Below, piece by piece: positions 1 through 10,153 of a DNA stretch of 54,990 nt (position 1 is its first letter; the number at the start of each line of letters is the position of its first letter). Location of the stretch: positions 1 to 54,990 of the IMG/VR virus record IMGVR_UViG_3300048813_000106. One strand, 5' to 3'. The translations under genes and the position numbers were made by a program. This DNA is from a virus. Lineage: Duplodnaviria; Caudoviricetes. The notes beneath the pieces were generated by a model. That model made no database searches, had not been told where the DNA came from, and saw nothing but the letters and a program-made list of their open reading frames with translations.

Positions 1-1
1 A

Positions 2-175
2 CAAGCCCTCGGAGGCGGCCCTATCGCGCTCATCATCTCCGGTGCCATAGCGCTCTACGTGAGCTGGCGTTGGAAGCAGGTGAAGGCCGAGGAGCACCGG
101 CGTCAGGTGGTTGCTGACGAGCAGCTAAGGCTCGACGTGCTGCACCGCCGCGAACGGGAAGGACGGACCCCATGA
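2..175 (+). CDS. Partial membrane protein (5' truncated)
   Basis: Open frame ...GGGPIALIISGAIALYVSWRWK... with one hydrophobic segment; TGA overlaps the next ATG (ATGA). Confidence 0.55.
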   Translation, partial: QALGGGPIALIISGAIALYVSWRWKQVKAEEHRRQVVADEQLRLDVLHRREREGRTP

Positions 176-393
176 GCGCCTATCTAATCAGGCTCGGACC
201 GCCAGCGAAGGGCGACGTGATCCACACCAGCGACTGCCGCTTCGCCGAGCGCTCCAATGCTCTGCGATGGGTATGGGCAGACCGTCAGGGCTTCAAGAAC
301 ATCGACTGGGACACGCTCGCAGGACGCGGCATACGTCCTTGCCGTCTCTGTGTCCCCGAGCTACTACGGGAGGGTCCCGATGCCCCAGCTTGA
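172..393 (+). CDS. Hypothetical protein, H/C metal-binding motif
   Basis: IHTSDC...PCRLC pattern; coupled to upstream stop. Confidence 0.6.
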   Translation: MSAYLIRLGPPAKGDVIHTSDCRFAERSNALRWVWADRQGFKNIDWDTLAGRGIRPCRLCVPELLREGPDAPA

Positions 394-589
394 GCGAGAC
401 GGCCTGACGGTATCCACGGTCGGCGAGTACATCGAGGTCCTAGAAGGCGGCCGTGGCATCGGACTGGACCTCAACGAGGCCCGGTGGCTGATGTCCACGG
501 CTCTCCCAGCCATGATCAACGCCCTCACAGGCACAGAGGAGGTCTCTGACGCCGTTCGGGAGGGGTATCAAGGGGTGAGGGAGGGATGA
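380..589 (+). CDS. Hypothetical protein
   Basis: ATG at 380 preceded by GGGAGGG; protein-like composition (MPQLERDGLTVSTVGEY...). Confidence 0.6.
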   Translation: MPQLERDGLTVSTVGEYIEVLEGGRGIGLDLNEARWLMSTALPAMINALTGTEEVSDAVREGYQGVREG

Positions 590-603
590 GGCCTCAGAGG
601 CCG

Positions 604-804
604 CTAACGGCCGTTCTGCGCCGCTTCCTCCCACTCGCGGTCCAAGGCAGCAGCGACAGCCAACACGTCTCTCGGCACATGCTCGCGAGGCTGGCGTCCT
701 TTGCGGCGACGGCGCTTGGTGGGTTTCAGCTTGCCGTCCAGTCGCTTCACGATCCTGGTCGTACCGTCCGCGTAGGTGATCTTGATGGGGGCTACTTTCG
801 GCAT
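604..804 (-). CDS. Small basic hypothetical protein
   Basis: 66 aa ORF with AGAGAGGG upstream. Confidence 0.5.
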   Translation of the reverse strand: MPKVAPIKITYADGTTRIVKRLDGKLKPTKRRRRKGRQPREHVPRDVLAVAAALDREWEEAAQNGR

Positions 805-1158
805 GGGCTGACCCTCTCTCTGGCACGTAGAGCGCTGGGGTACTCGTCAGGCGACTGGTCGAACTGGAGGCTTGCTCTCTGTGGCCCGGAACCTCAAGGC
901 TCTCGGTGCCCGCGCCTTCCTTTCGGGGGCGAGGCGGCTAACCGGCTGCGTCGTCGTGACCGTCGCTGTCGTTTGCCTTTCGGCGAGGCGCATTCGGAGT
1001 CGTTCCCTGCGGTGGCCCTCGCCGACCGGGAGTCCGAGTTCGATCGCTTGCCATTGCAGACGGGATCGTCGCGTCCTCTCTCTCGACCGGATATGTCAGG
1101 CGAGCGAGGACATCGTGCGCGGCTCATCGGTCCGCCGCGCTACTCTCCACTTGATTGG

Positions 1159-1557
1159 ATGCACACCGATCAAGATAGCGCGTCGAGTCGATGGCCCTCA
1201 CGGCTGTCGGCTCGGCGCCTCTTCTTGATCCCTGTGACCTTCATAGCTCTAGCCCTCGCAGGGTGCGGCAGTACAGGTCCGACGCCCGCTCAGCGAGAAG
1301 CCAGCTCCATAGCGCACGAAATCGTGTGTGGAGGGGCGAACAAACTCGGGAAAGAACGCTACTGCGAACACCCCGCGCTGGTCGAAGCCGAAGAACAAGA
1401 ACGCAAACGCCAGGAACCCGCCGTCGTGAAAGCCGAAGAAACCGAAGAAGCCAAGACACTCGCAGCCGAAGAAGGCGAAGAACGACACACCGAAGGTGGT
1501 TTTCCTGTCTGCAAGACGCCCTCGGAAAGCGGCTGCATCGAACCAGGGACCGGCTGA
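1159..1557 (+). CDS. Putative lipoprotein
   Basis: Basic residues, hydrophobic stretch, then lipobox LAGC (LFLIPVTFIALALAGCGS); acidic C-terminal half; start uncertain. Confidence 0.65.
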   Translation: MHTDQDSASSRWPSRLSARRLFLIPVTFIALALAGCGSTGPTPAQREASSIAHEIVCGGANKLGKERYCEHPALVEAEEQERKRQEPAVVKAEETEEAKTLAAEEGEERHTEGGFPVCKTPSESGCIEPGTG

Positions 1558-1643
1558 TGCGCAGCCCGTACGCCCTGGCCTGGATACCCCTCTGCATCGT
1601 GGTCTGGGTCGTGATCGCGCTGCTGCTCGCGCATACTGGCTAG
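1557..1643 (+). CDS. Small single-pass membrane peptide (28 aa)
   Basis: TGATG overlap with the lipoprotein stop; MRSPYALAWIPLCIVVWVVIALLLAHTG. Confidence 0.45.
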   Translation: MRSPYALAWIPLCIVVWVVIALLLAHTG

Positions 1644-4018
1644 ACGCGCGTCAGATAAAAGCGCGGCGTCACGGTCACGACCACTTTGGATTCGTACGCC
1701 AGCTGCTCGGAAGCGGTAGTCACTTCCGGCGCGTCGGGAACCATCGAACTCAACTTGAGGAACATTTCCGTTTCCCCCGCAGGCAACTGCATCAACTGCC
1801 CCCCGAGCCCGTTATCGGGGTGCCCATTCTTCCCCGGCTTCGCGACGACCGCCGACAGGTTCGACTGGACCGTCTTGACGGTCGGGCCCACGTTCGCGAT
1901 GAACTTCGGGTAGGCCGCGTTATTGGGCTTGCTAGACGGAGAGCAGGCACGCTGCGAGGAGGGCACCAACAGCAGATAGTCGAGGCCCCACTGTGCCGCT
2001 TCGTGAGCGTACCCTTCGACATAGAGCTTCCAGATACGCGGAGCCAGCGGATTGACCAGCAAGTGCAGGGTCCCTAGCCGGGTGATGCGGAACTGTTCCT
2101 CTTCCTCGGGGAGCTGGACGCTACGCCCAGCGGACCCCCACTCGTCGGTATAGCGTGGAGCGCCGTACCCTACCCCGTCCTGGGGCTGGGCGGAAAGGAC
2201 AAGCATCGGGGGGTGCGGGAAGCCCTCTTCGTCGTTCAAAAGTTCGCTCAACATGACCCTAGCCCACACCTCGACAGCGATTTCCCCAGAGAAGCTGTCG
2301 GGGGTCATCGTCGCGGGGTCCACTTCCCAATAGGCGCTCCCGTTGCGTTCGCTCGCATGTAGCATGCTCCCTCCACGTGCCCCCGTCTGCGTGGTGTAGG
2401 TCCACCCGGACACTGCTACGGCCGTGGAGCTATCCAACAGTCCGAAGGGGGCGGTGGCGAGCCCAGCGGAAGGCTTAGGCGCCCACCCAAGGAGCGCCCA
2501 TATGCCGGGCGAATGTTCGATCCTTACCCGGCCGATCGCCCCAGCCGTGCGGGCTGTGAAGTAAACGTATTCACCCTGCACCGCAACCGCGACAGGTTCT
2601 CCGCTGGCCGCAGCCCAGGAGCCAAGTGGTTCGGCACCACCTAGGGTCGCTCGACCGATACTGGAGCCTCCTGGCGATGCCCAGTAGAGTTGGGAGATGC
2701 TGAGGCCCAAGCCGGCGGCCCCCGAGATACCAGAGAAGGATTCAAGGCCCGTACCGCTCACCGTGAACCGCGACACCACTCCTGTTTCCGCCTCGCTGAA
2801 GTAGACCGACGCCGCGTTTACGGCTATCGCAGCGATCCCGTAGGTCGGACTGGCGGCAAACCAGTGCTGTTCGACGGAGCCTCCTGCGATGGTCGCCCTT
2901 CCGACGTACCCCCCACCACACCAGTACACGTGGGTGCTGCTGACGGCTACCCCAGGAGAGGGCTGCAGTAGGGTGATCCAGGTCTTTTCGATAGTCCCCC
3001 CGGCTAGCGTCGCACGTCCGATGTAAGGGCTTGCGAGATTGGACCAGTACACATGCGTACCGTCCACGGTCACGCCGTAGGGTTCCCCTTCCGCGTGCAG
3101 CCACGTCAGTTCGGGTTTCGTGGGTTCGCTGACTTTGCAGCGCCCGATGTACCCGGTGGATGGCTGCGTGAAGTACACGTGTTCGCTATCGACCGCTAGC
3201 CCACTGGGTTTCGTCGCCCCCGTAATGAAAGCCGCCGTCGGTTCTTCCCCTGTTTCGATACTGACTTCCGCCAACGCGGGGGCATCCCCAGGGATCGCAG
3301 ACAGCGAGATTGTTTCCGGGAGCAACAGGCCCGATTTCACATACACGACCCCAGGCAGTCCCTGCGCGAGGGGACCTACCGGGATTTCCAGTGCGATCAT
3401 GAACAGGTTCGCGCCTTCCAGCGTCGCGTTTTCAAAGTTAGGTTCCCAGTGCCCGGCACCCCTGATTTCATACAACGTAGGGTTCGTCACTTCCCCAGGC
3501 TGCCAAAGGAGTAGAAGCTGAGTAGGGTTAGATTCGAGCTGCGCCAGGAGCGTCTCTACCTTTTCGATGGCTTCCTGGGCCGTGGTCCCCGCGACAGCGA
3601 CTTCCCAGTTCACGCTCCCGTTTTCGCTCACAGCCCCAACCTCGCGTGCGCCACCCCAACGCCGCTGATCCTGCGCCAATACCCGCGTCGTGACAGGGGC
3701 GACAACCTTGAAGCTGCCGCTCTTTATGAAGAAGTGCGCCGCATCGTTCAGGTTCAGCAGAGTTTCGTACGGTGCCGTAACGGACACGTTGATGCTGAAC
3801 GTGTTCACGACCCCCGTCACACCAGTCAGTTCCGTCGTACCGTTGATCCCGGTATAGCTAAATGCCTGGCTTGTGACGAGGTACGCTTCCCCGGCGGGAG
3901 GGAACCCAGCAGTCGATCCCACCTTGATGACGGTGGTGCCCGCTTTCACGTGTTCCGTAGTGAGCGTTTTGGCTCCTGCGGTCGCCTGCACGATCTGTAG
4001 CTTTTCCTTGAAGGCCAT
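1640..4018 (-). CDS. Minor tail protein, Dit-like with inserted beta-propeller
   Basis: Directly after tape measure; about six ~40-aa repeats PxG(L/V)AVxxxHVY(W/F)...IGRA at about 2520-3240. Confidence 0.75.
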   Translation of the reverse strand: MAFKEKLQIVQATAGAKTLTTEHVKAGTTVIKVGSTAGFPPAGEAYLVTSQAFSYTGINGTTELTGVTGVVNTFSINVSVTAPYETLLNLNDAAHFFIKSGSFKVVAPVTTRVLAQDQRRWGGAREVGAVSENGSVNWEVAVAGTTAQEAIEKVETLLAQLESNPTQLLLLWQPGEVTNPTLYEIRGAGHWEPNFENATLEGANLFMIALEIPVGPLAQGLPGVVYVKSGLLLPETISLSAIPGDAPALAEVSIETGEEPTAAFITGATKPSGLAVDSEHVYFTQPSTGYIGRCKVSEPTKPELTWLHAEGEPYGVTVDGTHVYWSNLASPYIGRATLAGGTIEKTWITLLQPSPGVAVSSTHVYWCGGGYVGRATIAGGSVEQHWFAASPTYGIAAIAVNAASVYFSEAETGVVSRFTVSGTGLESFSGISGAAGLGLSISQLYWASPGGSSIGRATLGGAEPLGSWAAASGEPVAVAVQGEYVYFTARTAGAIGRVRIEHSPGIWALLGWAPKPSAGLATAPFGLLDSSTAVAVSGWTYTTQTGARGGSMLHASERNGSAYWEVDPATMTPDSFSGEIAVEVWARVMLSELLNDEEGFPHPPMLVLSAQPQDGVGYGAPRYTDEWGSAGRSVQLPEEEEQFRITRLGTLHLLVNPLAPRIWKLYVEGYAHEAAQWGLDYLLLVPSSQRACSPSSKPNNAAYPKFIANVGPTVKTVQSNLSAVVAKPGKNGHPDNGLGGQLMQLPAGETEMFLKLSSMVPDAPEVTTASEQLAYESKVVVTVTPRFYLTRV

Positions 4019-4019
4019 G

Positions 4020-7000
4020 TCACACTCCCGGCGCTAGACGCTTACTTAGGCGAGACCCCTGATAGCGCATCCCGCGCACACTAGCCTTCCCGATCTCGGT
4101 GAGCACCGCCGGATCGGAAGGGTGCATCATGTGGTTGTGCTGCTCGAAGTGAACCGGAGGACCGTTGCCCCATTCGCGTTGCTCGGGAGTGAGGATTTCC
4201 TCTTGGCCGTGAACCAACGCTAGGCTTGGTGCGCCCCTCGCCCCAGGGACCACGCCACCGACATCGAAACTCGGAATCCAACTGGCGGGTATCAGCATGC
4301 CGCGTGCCCCGGCTGCAGCATAGGCGTTGAGGCCGCCCCGGCCGATGTCGCCCGGACCAGAGAACACGCTAAAAGACTGTTCCAGCACCTTTTCGTTGGC
4401 CGTCTTGATTTTGAGCTGTTCTTGCGCCTGCACGAGTTCGCGTTCCTTCAGTTCGAGCGGGGATTCCCCCGTGCCGCCGCCTTTGGCTTCCGCGAGCTTC
4501 AATTCCAACGCGGGGCCGCCGATAGCGGTCAGTTCCGCCCCGAGCTTCTGCAGCGTCAGCTGGGCGGTCAACATCGACCCGCCGTGTTCGGTGAGCCCCC
4601 CCAGGGTGTGCTGATCCCCTTTGACGGTTTCCGTGGCGGCATGGAGTTCGGAGACCTGTGTGTCGAGAGTCCCGATCTTCCCCGCGTCCCCGATGGAGGT
4701 CGCGTTCCCCCCGAGCTGGACGTTTTCTGCTTCGAGGGACTTGATCTGCTGGGCGGTGGAGTTGATTTCGCTGCCCAGCTTTTTGGCTTCCGCATGATCC
4801 GCTGCTGTCGCCTTCTTGCCCTTCGGGACTTTCGCCAGTTTCACTTCCAACGCGTGCCGGTGTTCGTGGAGGCGTTTGATCTTGTTGAGGTTCGCCTGGA
4901 TTTTCGCCTTCAGTTCGAGGATCGCCTTCGCGCGTTCCTTGCTGCCTTCCTCTGCCGCCTGCAGCACTGTGCTCGATAGTCCCCATGCGGTGTTCAAATC
5001 CCCTAGCAGACTGTTCTCGGTCCCGATGAGCCCTTCGAGCTGGTGCTGGCGTAGTTCGACGTTCCCCCACAAGATTTCAGGGTTCCCACCCGACGATGAG
5101 GACGACGTGTTCGCGAGGTTCGCCGTCGGACCCGTGTACGCCGAGTAGTAGCCGCCCCCCGATTCGCTCGGGGTGTAGATGAATTCCCCGCCGTGGGGTG
5201 CCGCCTGGAGCGCTAGTTCCGCCGCGTTACTCGACAGTTCGTACTGTTCGGTGAGGTCTGCCACAGCACCCGTTTCGCCCAAGAGGCCGTTCAGCTGGTC
5301 GTAGAAGCCCTGCCCCCACCATGTGGTCGCGAGCGGCTTGATTTTCTGGAACGGGTGAACCTTCCATGCGTCCACGGGATGAGGGAGCGGTTTCGCCTTC
5401 TTGGACTTGACCTTCCCAGCAGTGTCGAACACGTTGTGGGTTCCACCCGCGAAGCTCAGCAGGCCACCCGAGGCGAACCCGAGCAGGCCCCCGAGGCCGT
5501 AGAAGCCACGGCTCGTCTCGCTTGCCCACGCAGCCGTGGGGTTGCGGTACGTGGCCTTGATGTACTTCGCCATAGCGATGATCTGTTCGACGCCGCTCGA
5601 CCCAGGCCCACCGCCGTAGGCCGCCCAGTTCATACTCTCCAGTTGCCCGAGGCCGAACGCGGTGCTGGACGGGTTTTTGATGCTGACGACACCACCGGAC
5701 TCGCGGGCCACCACTTTTTCCCAGTCCGCGAGGCTCCAGCCTTCCTCTTTGGCGATGCCTCGCATGACCTGCACCCAGTCACCGGAGAACGACGCGCCGC
5801 CAAGAGAGCCACCACCCATGCCCGCGGAGTGCAGGCCAGCGATCTTGGCCTTCCCGGCCTTACGTACGTCTGAGAGCCCCGCCTGCACCACATCGGGGAT
5901 CAGGCCCCCAGAAGCCATGTAGTTCGGGGTGGTCACCGCGCCAAACAAGCCGGGAAGCCCGCCGTAGCCCATGTGTTCCAGGGCGGCGTTCACGATCGGC
6001 TGCTGGTGACGGTTGAACACAGCTACCTGCTCGCCAGCGCCGACCGCTATCGGCAGGCCCCCGACGTTCAAGCCAACCGTGTCGTGGCCAGCATCGCCTG
6101 GCTGCCCGATCTGCAGCAGTCCGCCCTGAGCCTTCCCGAACGGGGTGGGTTCGTTGCGGAGGTTGGTGCCTTTGCCTTCGACCGGCGCACCCGGCTTTGT
6201 CTGGCCGCCGAACCCTGCCCGGATTTCTGAGCCGCCGAGCTGCTTGATCTCCGAATTCAGTTCCTTGTTGATGCTCGCGATTTCCCTAGCGTTGAGTTCG
6301 CTAGCGGCCTTCCATTCTGTCTCAAACGCGGGGACTAGGCCACTGATGAGTTCGCGGGCCTTTTCACCCATTGGCCCCTTGTTGTTAGCGAAGATCGTCT
6401 GCAGGAATTTCAGGGCGTTCTCGGTGCCCGTCTCGGTATGTTTGAAGCTCACGCCAAATGCCTGTTCGATTTCGGTGAGGCCCGTCGTCACTGTCGCCTT
6501 GGCGTGCTCGAGATCGTAGGCTTTCGCTAGCGCGGCAGAGGTCGCTGACCCGTGCGCTTCGAGGTAGGCGGTCAGCCCTGAGAATTTCTGCTCCAGGGCA
6601 GTGATAAACCCGGCGACCGCGCCCTTCGGCAGGCGCCCTTCGGATTCGAGCTTCGCGGCATAGGCGAGCATCGTCTTCGCTGCCTCGCCCTGCGCTTGCT
6701 GAGGCAGCTTCGCGAGTTCATGTTCGACCGAGGTGAGGAACCCGAGGCGGCTCGGGAACCGGACGTGCTGGAACGCTTCGACGTATTCCCTGCCCGCTTC
6801 TTCACCGGCCTTGCGGTAGTCGCGGGCCTGCCCCGCCAGGTTCGCCCTCACGCCAACGAGACTCTCGCTGCCACGCCCGGTCACGATGCCACGCACGGTG
6901 GACTGTCCCGCTTCGTGGGCCGCTTCCAGCGCGTGCGTGATCGCGGCTTCGTGCGGTTTGCTGCCGAGCAGACCCTTACTCAGCGCGTTGACGGCGCTCG

Positions 7001-10000
7001 CGGTCTTCTCCGCTTCCTTCTTGAACGCGGGCTCACCCGAGGAGAACAGGTCACCGATGCCCTTGATGAGATAGGGGGCCGCGAACCCAAACGCCGCACC
7101 GATCGCGGTCCCCACGACAGGGGCAATCGTCGTGCCGATCAGGGCACCCGCCGCAGGCCCGAGGACGAAGCCCACGCCCGCACCCGCACCGCCTGCTTGC
7201 AGGCCGCTCGCGAGTGTGCCTTTCGCGCCAGTTGCGCTTGCTAGGAGGCTGCCACCGATGAGGCCACCAGCACCGTAGATTCCTGCTTTCAGCAGGTTGC
7301 TCTTGCTGAGAAGAGCAGCGAGGCCACCTCCCTCGGCGGTCAAGCCGCCAGCGGCGAGCATATCGGAGCCCTCCTGCGCCGCCATAGCCCTCTCGTATGC
7401 GCTGGCACCCGCTATGCCTGTCGTTCCCGCGAGTCCGCCCTGTGCCGCTGCATCCAGGCCACCTGCCGCCGCGTTCTTGTCCTCCTCCGCAGTCAGCAGC
7501 CCCGTCTCGACACCCGCTGCCTTCAGGAGCGGGACGAGTACTTTGAGCTTCGCCGTGATCAACGTCAAGCCGATCAACCAGGTCCCGAGCGCACCAGCTT
7601 TCTCGATCGCCGTCACGACTTTCGTGAACGCTTCCGCGATATCGGTGACAGCGTGCACCAGCGGCGGGGAGATCGTTGTGTAGATGTGCGAGAAGCTGGC
7701 GATCAGCGGCACCAGCGCGTCGAGCAGCGCGATGGCCTCTTCCTTGTGGACCGTGAAGATGTTTTTGATCGCGGCGCTACCGGCAGTCGAGTTCTCGTAT
7801 TCGTGAACTTTGTCCAGCATGTGCGTGAGCGCTTCGATGATCCCCTCGCCTGTGTGCGCATCCTTATCGAACAAGTCGAACAGGTCAGCCGCGAGGATCT
7901 TCACGAACGCGCCCCACACATGAAAGTCGGCGATGAGGCGGTTCATCTCGCCCTCCCACACCGAGAACTCGCTCGGGGTGTTCCACTTCGTGAAGAACTT
8001 GTCGAGGTCTCTGAGGAACCCTCCTGTCAACGGAGCGGTGTAGGCGACGGTCTTCGCGAAGAACTCAAAGCCCTGCGTGAGCGCTGCCATCGCGGTCGGG
8101 ATCTCGTTCTTGAACTCGCTCTCAAGCTGAAGGAAGATCCCCATACCTTCGGGACCCTTCAACCAAGCCAGGAGCGGCTTGATCGTGCTGTTGATGACCG
8201 AGAAGTTTTCCGTAGCAGCCCGCGCCACCAGCGGGATATACGCCTTGTCGAGTTCCAGGAGCTGCATCCCGATCTTCGACGCCTGCACCCGCGCCTGAGA
8301 GGTCTGCTTGTCCCAGTATTCGTTAAGGGACATCGCGGCCTTTGCGACCCCAGCCTCAGCCTTCACCCCAGCCGTGTTCCCCAATTCCGAGAACACATTG
8401 TTCAGTTCCTTCGTCGCTTCCTTCGCCTGTTCAGAGTCCTTGCCATACACCCGTACGGCCTTGTTGACCGCTTCATACGCCGTGTAGAGCTGCTTGGTGT
8501 CCGCGATCGTGGAGGACGCCACGACAGCATCGGAGCCCATGCCGACCCCGAGCTTCCCGGCCGCGCCAGCACCGAGCAGCGCACCACCCCCCAAAGCAGC
8601 GACACCCGAGCCGACGATCCCGCCTGCCGTGAGGATGATGTGCTCCGGCCCGAACCCAGCGAACGACCCGAGGGAGCCGATACCCGCACCGATGCCTGCC
8701 GCACCGACAGCGGCACGCCCCAGGATGCCGCCACCGACATAGCCGCCCCCGCCGCCACCTCCCCCTCCGTGGCCCCACAAGAGCGCCGTAAGCCACGGAG
8801 GGACCCCGCCCCCACCTCCACTACCCCCAGCGGCTCCCGTGGCAGCAGCGGCCTTCTCAGGCTCGTATAGCGCCGCCTGCGCTGCTGCCATGTCCGGGCC
8901 GAGAGCACTCAGGCCCGACCGAGGCCCCAACCCAGGGATACCGACCGCTCCAGCACCGTAAGGATGGCCCAGGAACGCCGCGAGCGCATCCGCCTCCGCT
9001 TTCGCATCTTCGGCCTTCTGCGCGGCCAGCAACGCCGCCTCAGTCGTCAGCCCATAGTTCCCTGTGCCGGGTTCTCCGCCGGGAGCGTAAAGACGCCCAG
9101 GACCACCAGCCACCCGAGAGGCGACCGTGTATCCGAGCGCTTCGTAGGCCGCACGGTAGGCGGAGCCGCCTTTGGCTACCTGCCCCGGCGCCAGATTCGC
9201 GGGGAGGGCTTTAGCCGCCTCCACAGCCAAAGCATCAGCGACAGCAGAGCCTGTCGCGTCCGCGACTTTCTGGTCCTCCTCAGTGATCCCAGCGATAGTC
9301 GTCGCCTTGCCCGCAGACGGCCGCTGAGCAGCCTCCAGGGCCGTAAGAGCCCGCGCCAACGAGCCTTCCATCACCTGCTGACGCTGAGCGTCCAAGCCGA
9401 TCAGCGCAGGGACAGCGCCCTTCTGGCGTTGCTGCTCCGCAAGCGGGGTCTCCCCCACAACCGTCCGGGTGTTGTTCCGTTCCGTACTGACCGACAGGGA
9501 CTCCGGGCCACCGCTCTGAGCATCCTCGCCGATAGCAGCAGCGAGAGACCCCAGCGGCGTACGGTCCGCAGCCGCGATAACGACCGTGCCCGGGTTCGTC
9601 GCGGAGAACGGGTGAGGCGTAGGACCCCGCACACCCCAAATCGCGGTATCAGAGGAGGTAGCTGCTACGTCACGGAGCGCCCCGTGACCCCCGATACCAC
9701 CCAGGATCGACCTAGCCAACGCCGAGCGGCCCGCAGCAGCCTCCTCCGCATCAGCAGCGGCTTTCGCAGCAGCGGCCTGGACTGCGTATGCCGCGACTAC
9801 CCGTCCCGACGCGGCGACCTGAATGTCCGCAGCGTCATCCGCCGTGACCGCCATCCCCACATACGCCGCGTCCGTCTCCTCGATGGAGCGACGGACACTC
9901 GCTAGGGCCGTATCCTGAGCCGCGCTCCACCACCCGATAGCGCCCGCGTGACTGTCGAGCCCTGCACCGAGGAGGCCACCCTCAACTCCTACGTGCAGGG

Positions 10001-10133
10001 TGTCGAGCACGCGCTGCATCTCGGCAGTCTTCGCCGTAACGCGCGCTAGGGCATCGTCAAGGTCCGCCCGCAACTGGACCAAGCTAGCCTCAAGGCCTAG
10101 GGTTGCGGAGCCGAGTGAGATCCCATCGGTCAT
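4020..10133 (-). CDS. Tail tape measure protein with lytic transglycosylase-like domain
   Basis: 2037 aa, Ala/Gly-rich and helical, follows the tail chaperones; VARESGG...NPSSTAFGLGQL motif at about 5500-5790. Confidence 0.93.
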   Translation of the reverse strand: MTDGISLGSATLGLEASLVQLRADLDDALARVTAKTAEMQRVLDTLHVGVEGGLLGAGLDSHAGAIGWWSAAQDTALASVRRSIEETDAAYVGMAVTADDAADIQVAASGRVVAAYAVQAAAAKAAADAEEAAAGRSALARSILGGIGGHGALRDVAATSSDTAIWGVRGPTPHPFSATNPGTVVIAAADRTPLGSLAAAIGEDAQSGGPESLSVSTERNNTRTVVGETPLAEQQRQKGAVPALIGLDAQRQQVMEGSLARALTALEAAQRPSAGKATTIAGITEEDQKVADATGSAVADALAVEAAKALPANLAPGQVAKGGSAYRAAYEALGYTVASRVAGGPGRLYAPGGEPGTGNYGLTTEAALLAAQKAEDAKAEADALAAFLGHPYGAGAVGIPGLGPRSGLSALGPDMAAAQAALYEPEKAAAATGAAGGSGGGGGVPPWLTALLWGHGGGGGGGGGYVGGGILGRAAVGAAGIGAGIGSLGSFAGFGPEHIILTAGGIVGSGVAALGGGALLGAGAAGKLGVGMGSDAVVASSTIADTKQLYTAYEAVNKAVRVYGKDSEQAKEATKELNNVFSELGNTAGVKAEAGVAKAAMSLNEYWDKQTSQARVQASKIGMQLLELDKAYIPLVARAATENFSVINSTIKPLLAWLKGPEGMGIFLQLESEFKNEIPTAMAALTQGFEFFAKTVAYTAPLTGGFLRDLDKFFTKWNTPSEFSVWEGEMNRLIADFHVWGAFVKILAADLFDLFDKDAHTGEGIIEALTHMLDKVHEYENSTAGSAAIKNIFTVHKEEAIALLDALVPLIASFSHIYTTISPPLVHAVTDIAEAFTKVVTAIEKAGALGTWLIGLTLITAKLKVLVPLLKAAGVETGLLTAEEDKNAAAGGLDAAAQGGLAGTTGIAGASAYERAMAAQEGSDMLAAGGLTAEGGGLAALLSKSNLLKAGIYGAGGLIGGSLLASATGAKGTLASGLQAGGAGAGVGFVLGPAAGALIGTTIAPVVGTAIGAAFGFAAPYLIKGIGDLFSSGEPAFKKEAEKTASAVNALSKGLLGSKPHEAAITHALEAAHEAGQSTVRGIVTGRGSESLVGVRANLAGQARDYRKAGEEAGREYVEAFQHVRFPSRLGFLTSVEHELAKLPQQAQGEAAKTMLAYAAKLESEGRLPKGAVAGFITALEQKFSGLTAYLEAHGSATSAALAKAYDLEHAKATVTTGLTEIEQAFGVSFKHTETGTENALKFLQTIFANNKGPMGEKARELISGLVPAFETEWKAASELNAREIASINKELNSEIKQLGGSEIRAGFGGQTKPGAPVEGKGTNLRNEPTPFGKAQGGLLQIGQPGDAGHDTVGLNVGGLPIAVGAGEQVAVFNRHQQPIVNAALEHMGYGGLPGLFGAVTTPNYMASGGLIPDVVQAGLSDVRKAGKAKIAGLHSAGMGGGSLGGASFSGDWVQVMRGIAKEEGWSLADWEKVVARESGGVVSIKNPSSTAFGLGQLESMNWAAYGGGPGSSGVEQIIAMAKYIKATYRNPTAAWASETSRGFYGLGGLLGFASGGLLSFAGGTHNVFDTAGKVKSKKAKPLPHPVDAWKVHPFQKIKPLATTWWGQGFYDQLNGLLGETGAVADLTEQYELSSNAAELALQAAPHGGEFIYTPSESGGGYYSAYTGPTANLANTSSSSSGGNPEILWGNVELRQHQLEGLIGTENSLLGDLNTAWGLSSTVLQAAEEGSKERAKAILELKAKIQANLNKIKRLHEHRHALEVKLAKVPKGKKATAADHAEAKKLGSEINSTAQQIKSLEAENVQLGGNATSIGDAGKIGTLDTQVSELHAATETVKGDQHTLGGLTEHGGSMLTAQLTLQKLGAELTAIGGPALELKLAEAKGGGTGESPLELKERELVQAQEQLKIKTANEKVLEQSFSVFSGPGDIGRGGLNAYAAAGARGMLIPASWIPSFDVGGVVPGARGAPSLALVHGQEEILTPEQREWGNGPPVHFEQHNHMMHPSDPAVLTEIGKASVRGMRYQGSRLSKRLAPGV

Positions 10134-10153
10134 GTGGCGTCACCTCCCTTCAC

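Noticed and set aside
586-1158. N-terminal 191 codons of the 323-aa ORF
   Set aside because: Arg/Ser-rich shadow sequence overlapping a better minus-strand ORF; the lipoprotein signal implies a start near 1159
7653-9905. Long plus-strand ORFs (405 aa, 313 aa) opposite the tape measure gene
   Set aside because: Typical antisense shadows of GC-rich coding sequence; no motifs or RBS
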